Part shown: piece after piece, positions 61,896-64,000 of the stretch
Position numbering within the stretch: position 1 is the first letter of the stretch
Layout of the letters: each line of letters begins with the position of its first letter
NCBI GenBank assembly: GCA_949840885.1
Contig: CATKYJ010000002.1
Coordinates: forward strand, 14,115-78,114
Source: an uncultured Acetatifactor sp.
Lineage (GTDB): Bacteria > Bacillota > Clostridia > Lachnospirales > Lachnospiraceae
Length of the DNA: 64,000 nt
Direction: 5' to 3'
Position numbers and translations under genes: made by a program
The notes under the pieces: generated by a model
Databases searched by the model: none
Seen by the model: only the letters and a program-made list of their open reading frames with translations
What the model was told of the DNA's origin: nothing

Positions 61896-61961
61896 ATTAT
61901 ACTATATTTCGTTCCATAAGTAAAATCAATAAATATTATATTTATTATAAGTACTACTTAT
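61896..61961 (-). promoter_or_regulatory. purA promoter with two LysR-type T-N11-A boxes
   Basis: TTTACT-17-TATAAT; ATAAGTAAAATCAAT (61916-61930) over -35 and palindromic ATAAGTACTACTTAT (61947-61961) near -65. Confidence 0.6.
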
Positions 61962-63117
61962 TTAATCTCTCGAAATACGGTTTCATCCCATCGGACATCT
62001 CAAGTTTTCCGTCCGCCATGACGAACAGCACTTCCGCCCCGTACTGTTCGGCCAGCGCCATTCCTTTCTCCGGCCCAAGGATGTAGCAGGCCGTGGACAG
62101 GCCGTCGCTGAGCAGACCGTCTTTCATGAGGATGGTCACGCCCCGCACGTCGCTGACGGCAGGGGAACCCATCTTGGGATCCAGGATGTGGTGATATCGC
62201 ACGCCGTTCAAATCTACGTATCGCTCGTAGTCCCCGGAAGTAGATATGCACCACTGGCCCTCCAGGGTCAGTATGCCGATGCTGGACGAGGTATCAAAGG
62301 GGTTGACGATTCCCACCCGCCAGGGGCTGTCGTCCGGTTTGCTGCCATAAGTGAGGATACTGCCACCCAGGGATATCACGGCTCCTGTCACATGGGGATG
62401 TTCTGCCAGGAGGCTGCCGAGTTTTTCCATGGCAAAGCCCTTGCCTACGGCTCCCAGATCCAGCTGTGTGCCCTCGGGCAGGAAGAGACGAGTCGGATTT
62501 CCGGCGGAGGGTGCTTGCGCTGCGGGAGCCTCCTGTACAAGCAGCATTTTCTGGCTTCCGCATGTATCCAGAGCCTGGGCCAGCGTCTCCTCCGCGGGCG
62601 GCAGGAATCCCTCCACGGTCTCCCCTGCGGCCCATTTGTCAATATTCCACAGCCGGGTCACCGCCCCCAGGGTCACATCGAAAGCCCCCTCCGAGCGTTC
62701 CCACAATTCCAGGCAGTTCTCCAACAGCGCTGCCATATCCTCTGACAGCAGGAACCCCTCTTTGCTGCCTGCGGCTCCATTGGCGCGGTACACTTCGGAA
62801 GTGTCCAGCCGCCAGGATATTTCCTCCCTCTCCAGCCGCGCAAGCATCTCCATGGCCTGCCTGGAAAAGTCTGCCGCCGCGGTCTCATCCTTTGCATAAA
62901 TGGTCTGCTGCACCACTGTACCCATGGCAATGTCCGCGTACTGCCATGGCTTAGCAGCGCTTTTCCCGGTTCTGTCCGCGCTCTCTTCATTCCCCTGTTC
63001 GGCGCCTGCCCCGCTTTCCGCCGGCTGCGGCCTCTCCGCCCCGTTATATGCACAGCCGCAGCACAGGACAATTGCTGCCAGGGCTCCGGCGATTGATCTC
63101 CTCAAAAAAAACTTCAT
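61954..63117 (-). CDS. apbE: FAD:protein FMN transferase (ApbE), lipoprotein
   Basis: AMGT, GAFDVT, LDLGAVGKG, SLGG, STSGDYERY, YHHILDP, DGLSTA. Confidence 0.92.
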   Translation of the reverse strand: MKFFLRRSIAGALAAIVLCCGCAYNGAERPQPAESGAGAEQGNEESADRTGKSAAKPWQYADIAMGTVVQQTIYAKDETAAADFSRQAMEMLARLEREEISWRLDTSEVYRANGAAGSKEGFLLSEDMAALLENCLELWERSEGAFDVTLGAVTRLWNIDKWAAGETVEGFLPPAEETLAQALDTCGSQKMLLVQEAPAAQAPSAGNPTRLFLPEGTQLDLGAVGKGFAMEKLGSLLAEHPHVTGAVISLGGSILTYGSKPDDSPWRVGIVNPFDTSSSIGILTLEGQWCISTSGDYERYVDLNGVRYHHILDPKMGSPAVSDVRGVTILMKDGLLSDGLSTACYILGPEKGMALAEQYGAEVLFVMADGKLEMSDGMKPYFERLNK

Positions 63118-63236
63118 TTTCCGATTCCTTTTTGCTATACTATTTACTGTAACCGACTTTCCGGCCATATACCCGGCAGCGCTGCCAGCCCGGGCATGCA
63201 GAAAGTCGACCATGACAGAAAGGCCGTTTAACTTAT

Positions 63237-63647
63237 ATGAAAAAGAATACAGCCTGGCGAAAGCCGGCAGTGATCATTACAGCATTTCTTCTGCTTCTGT
63301 CCACCGCAAGCCTGCTCTGTCTGTTGGCCAGGAGAGAGAAATCCGATTATGCCGCGGAAATTTTTCAGGACGGTGTACTGATAAAAAGTGTTTATCTCAA
63401 TGATATTTCGCAGACGGGAACTTTCATCATACAGGGAGAAAACGGCTGCGTCAACGAGATCGAAATCCGTCCCGGCAGCATTGCCATTATCTCCGCGGAC
63501 TGCCCCGACAAACTCTGCGTCCGCCAGGGTTTCATTAGCGACTCAAAGCTCCCCATCACCTGCCTGCCCAACCGGCTTGTCATCCGGCTGCGGCCCGTGT
63601 CCGATTCTTCGGAAACCACGGCAGTACCGGATGCCGTCACCTATTAA
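63237..63647 (+). CDS. NusG domain II-containing membrane protein
   Basis: N-terminal TM; ADCPDKLCVRQG...PITCLPNRLVI. Confidence 0.88.
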   Translation: MKKNTAWRKPAVIITAFLLLLSTASLLCLLARREKSDYAAEIFQDGVLIKSVYLNDISQTGTFIIQGENGCVNEIEIRPGSIAIISADCPDKLCVRQGFISDSKLPITCLPNRLVIRLRPVSDSSETTAVPDAVTY

Positions 63648-63740
63648 TTCCCGGGCAGGGCCCTGCACCTTTCCGGCCCAATGTACGAGCCCCATGTACC
63701 GGAATCGCCGGGAGTAAGCCGCAAAAGAAAGGAAATCCCT

Positions 63741-64000
63741 ATGTCTGTTCGAAAAACCGCTTTTTTAGCTCTCTTCACCACGTTCTCTCTGGCCGTCTTC
63801 GCCATTGAGCACGCCATCCCGCCCCTGGTGCCCATTCCGGGCATCAAGCTGGGACTGGCCAATGTGGTCACATTGATCCTGCTGCGGCATTTCCGTGCCA
63901 GAGACGCTATATTCGTGCTCATTTCCAGGATCCTGCTGTCCTCCTTTTTGTTCGGGCAGGCCCTGTCCCTGCTCTACAGCCTGGCCGGGGGACTGCTCAG
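63741..64000 (+). CDS. Gx transporter / heptaprenyl diphosphate synthase component I family (partial)
   Basis: IEHAIPPLVPIPGIKLGLANVVTL; AAAGGA RBS. Confidence 0.88.
   Translation, partial: MSVRKTAFLALFTTFSLAVFAIEHAIPPLVPIPGIKLGLANVVTLILLRHFRARDAIFVLISRILLSSFLFGQALSLLYSLAGGLL

Overview
64-kb chromosomal window from a Clostridia bacterium; the gene content is Lachnospiraceae-like (inference). Most genes lie on the minus strand. The housekeeping backbone is purA-lysR-HAD, SEC-C/DUF308/CBS-apt-relA-MBL-hemZ, hisS-aspS-Sfp PPTase and apbE/NusG-II/Gx. It is interleaved with accessory blocks: two sugar ABC/two-component loci (one with two GH78 rhamnosidases and an atypical RpiB), SWIM+SNF2, an orphan serine recombinase beside ugd, two AAA-ATPase proteins and a type III (ToxN/AbiQ) toxin-antitoxin locus with a single-unit pseudoknot antitoxin. 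The best candidate for an undescribed system is an AT-rich cassette at ~4.2-11 kb. It encodes an ABC exporter, a HExxH zincin, a radical SAM/SPASM maturase whose N-terminus is split by an in-frame TAG, a divergent internally duplicated (HTH+helical)x2 Rgg/RRNPP-like regulator, a secreted acidic propeptide and a small protein with 11-aa His-x-Ser repeats. Together these suggest a peptide-signal-controlled RiPP-like locus. No rRNA, tRNA, CRISPR array or intact transposase was recognised. All calls come from reading sequence and motifs; no database searches were run.
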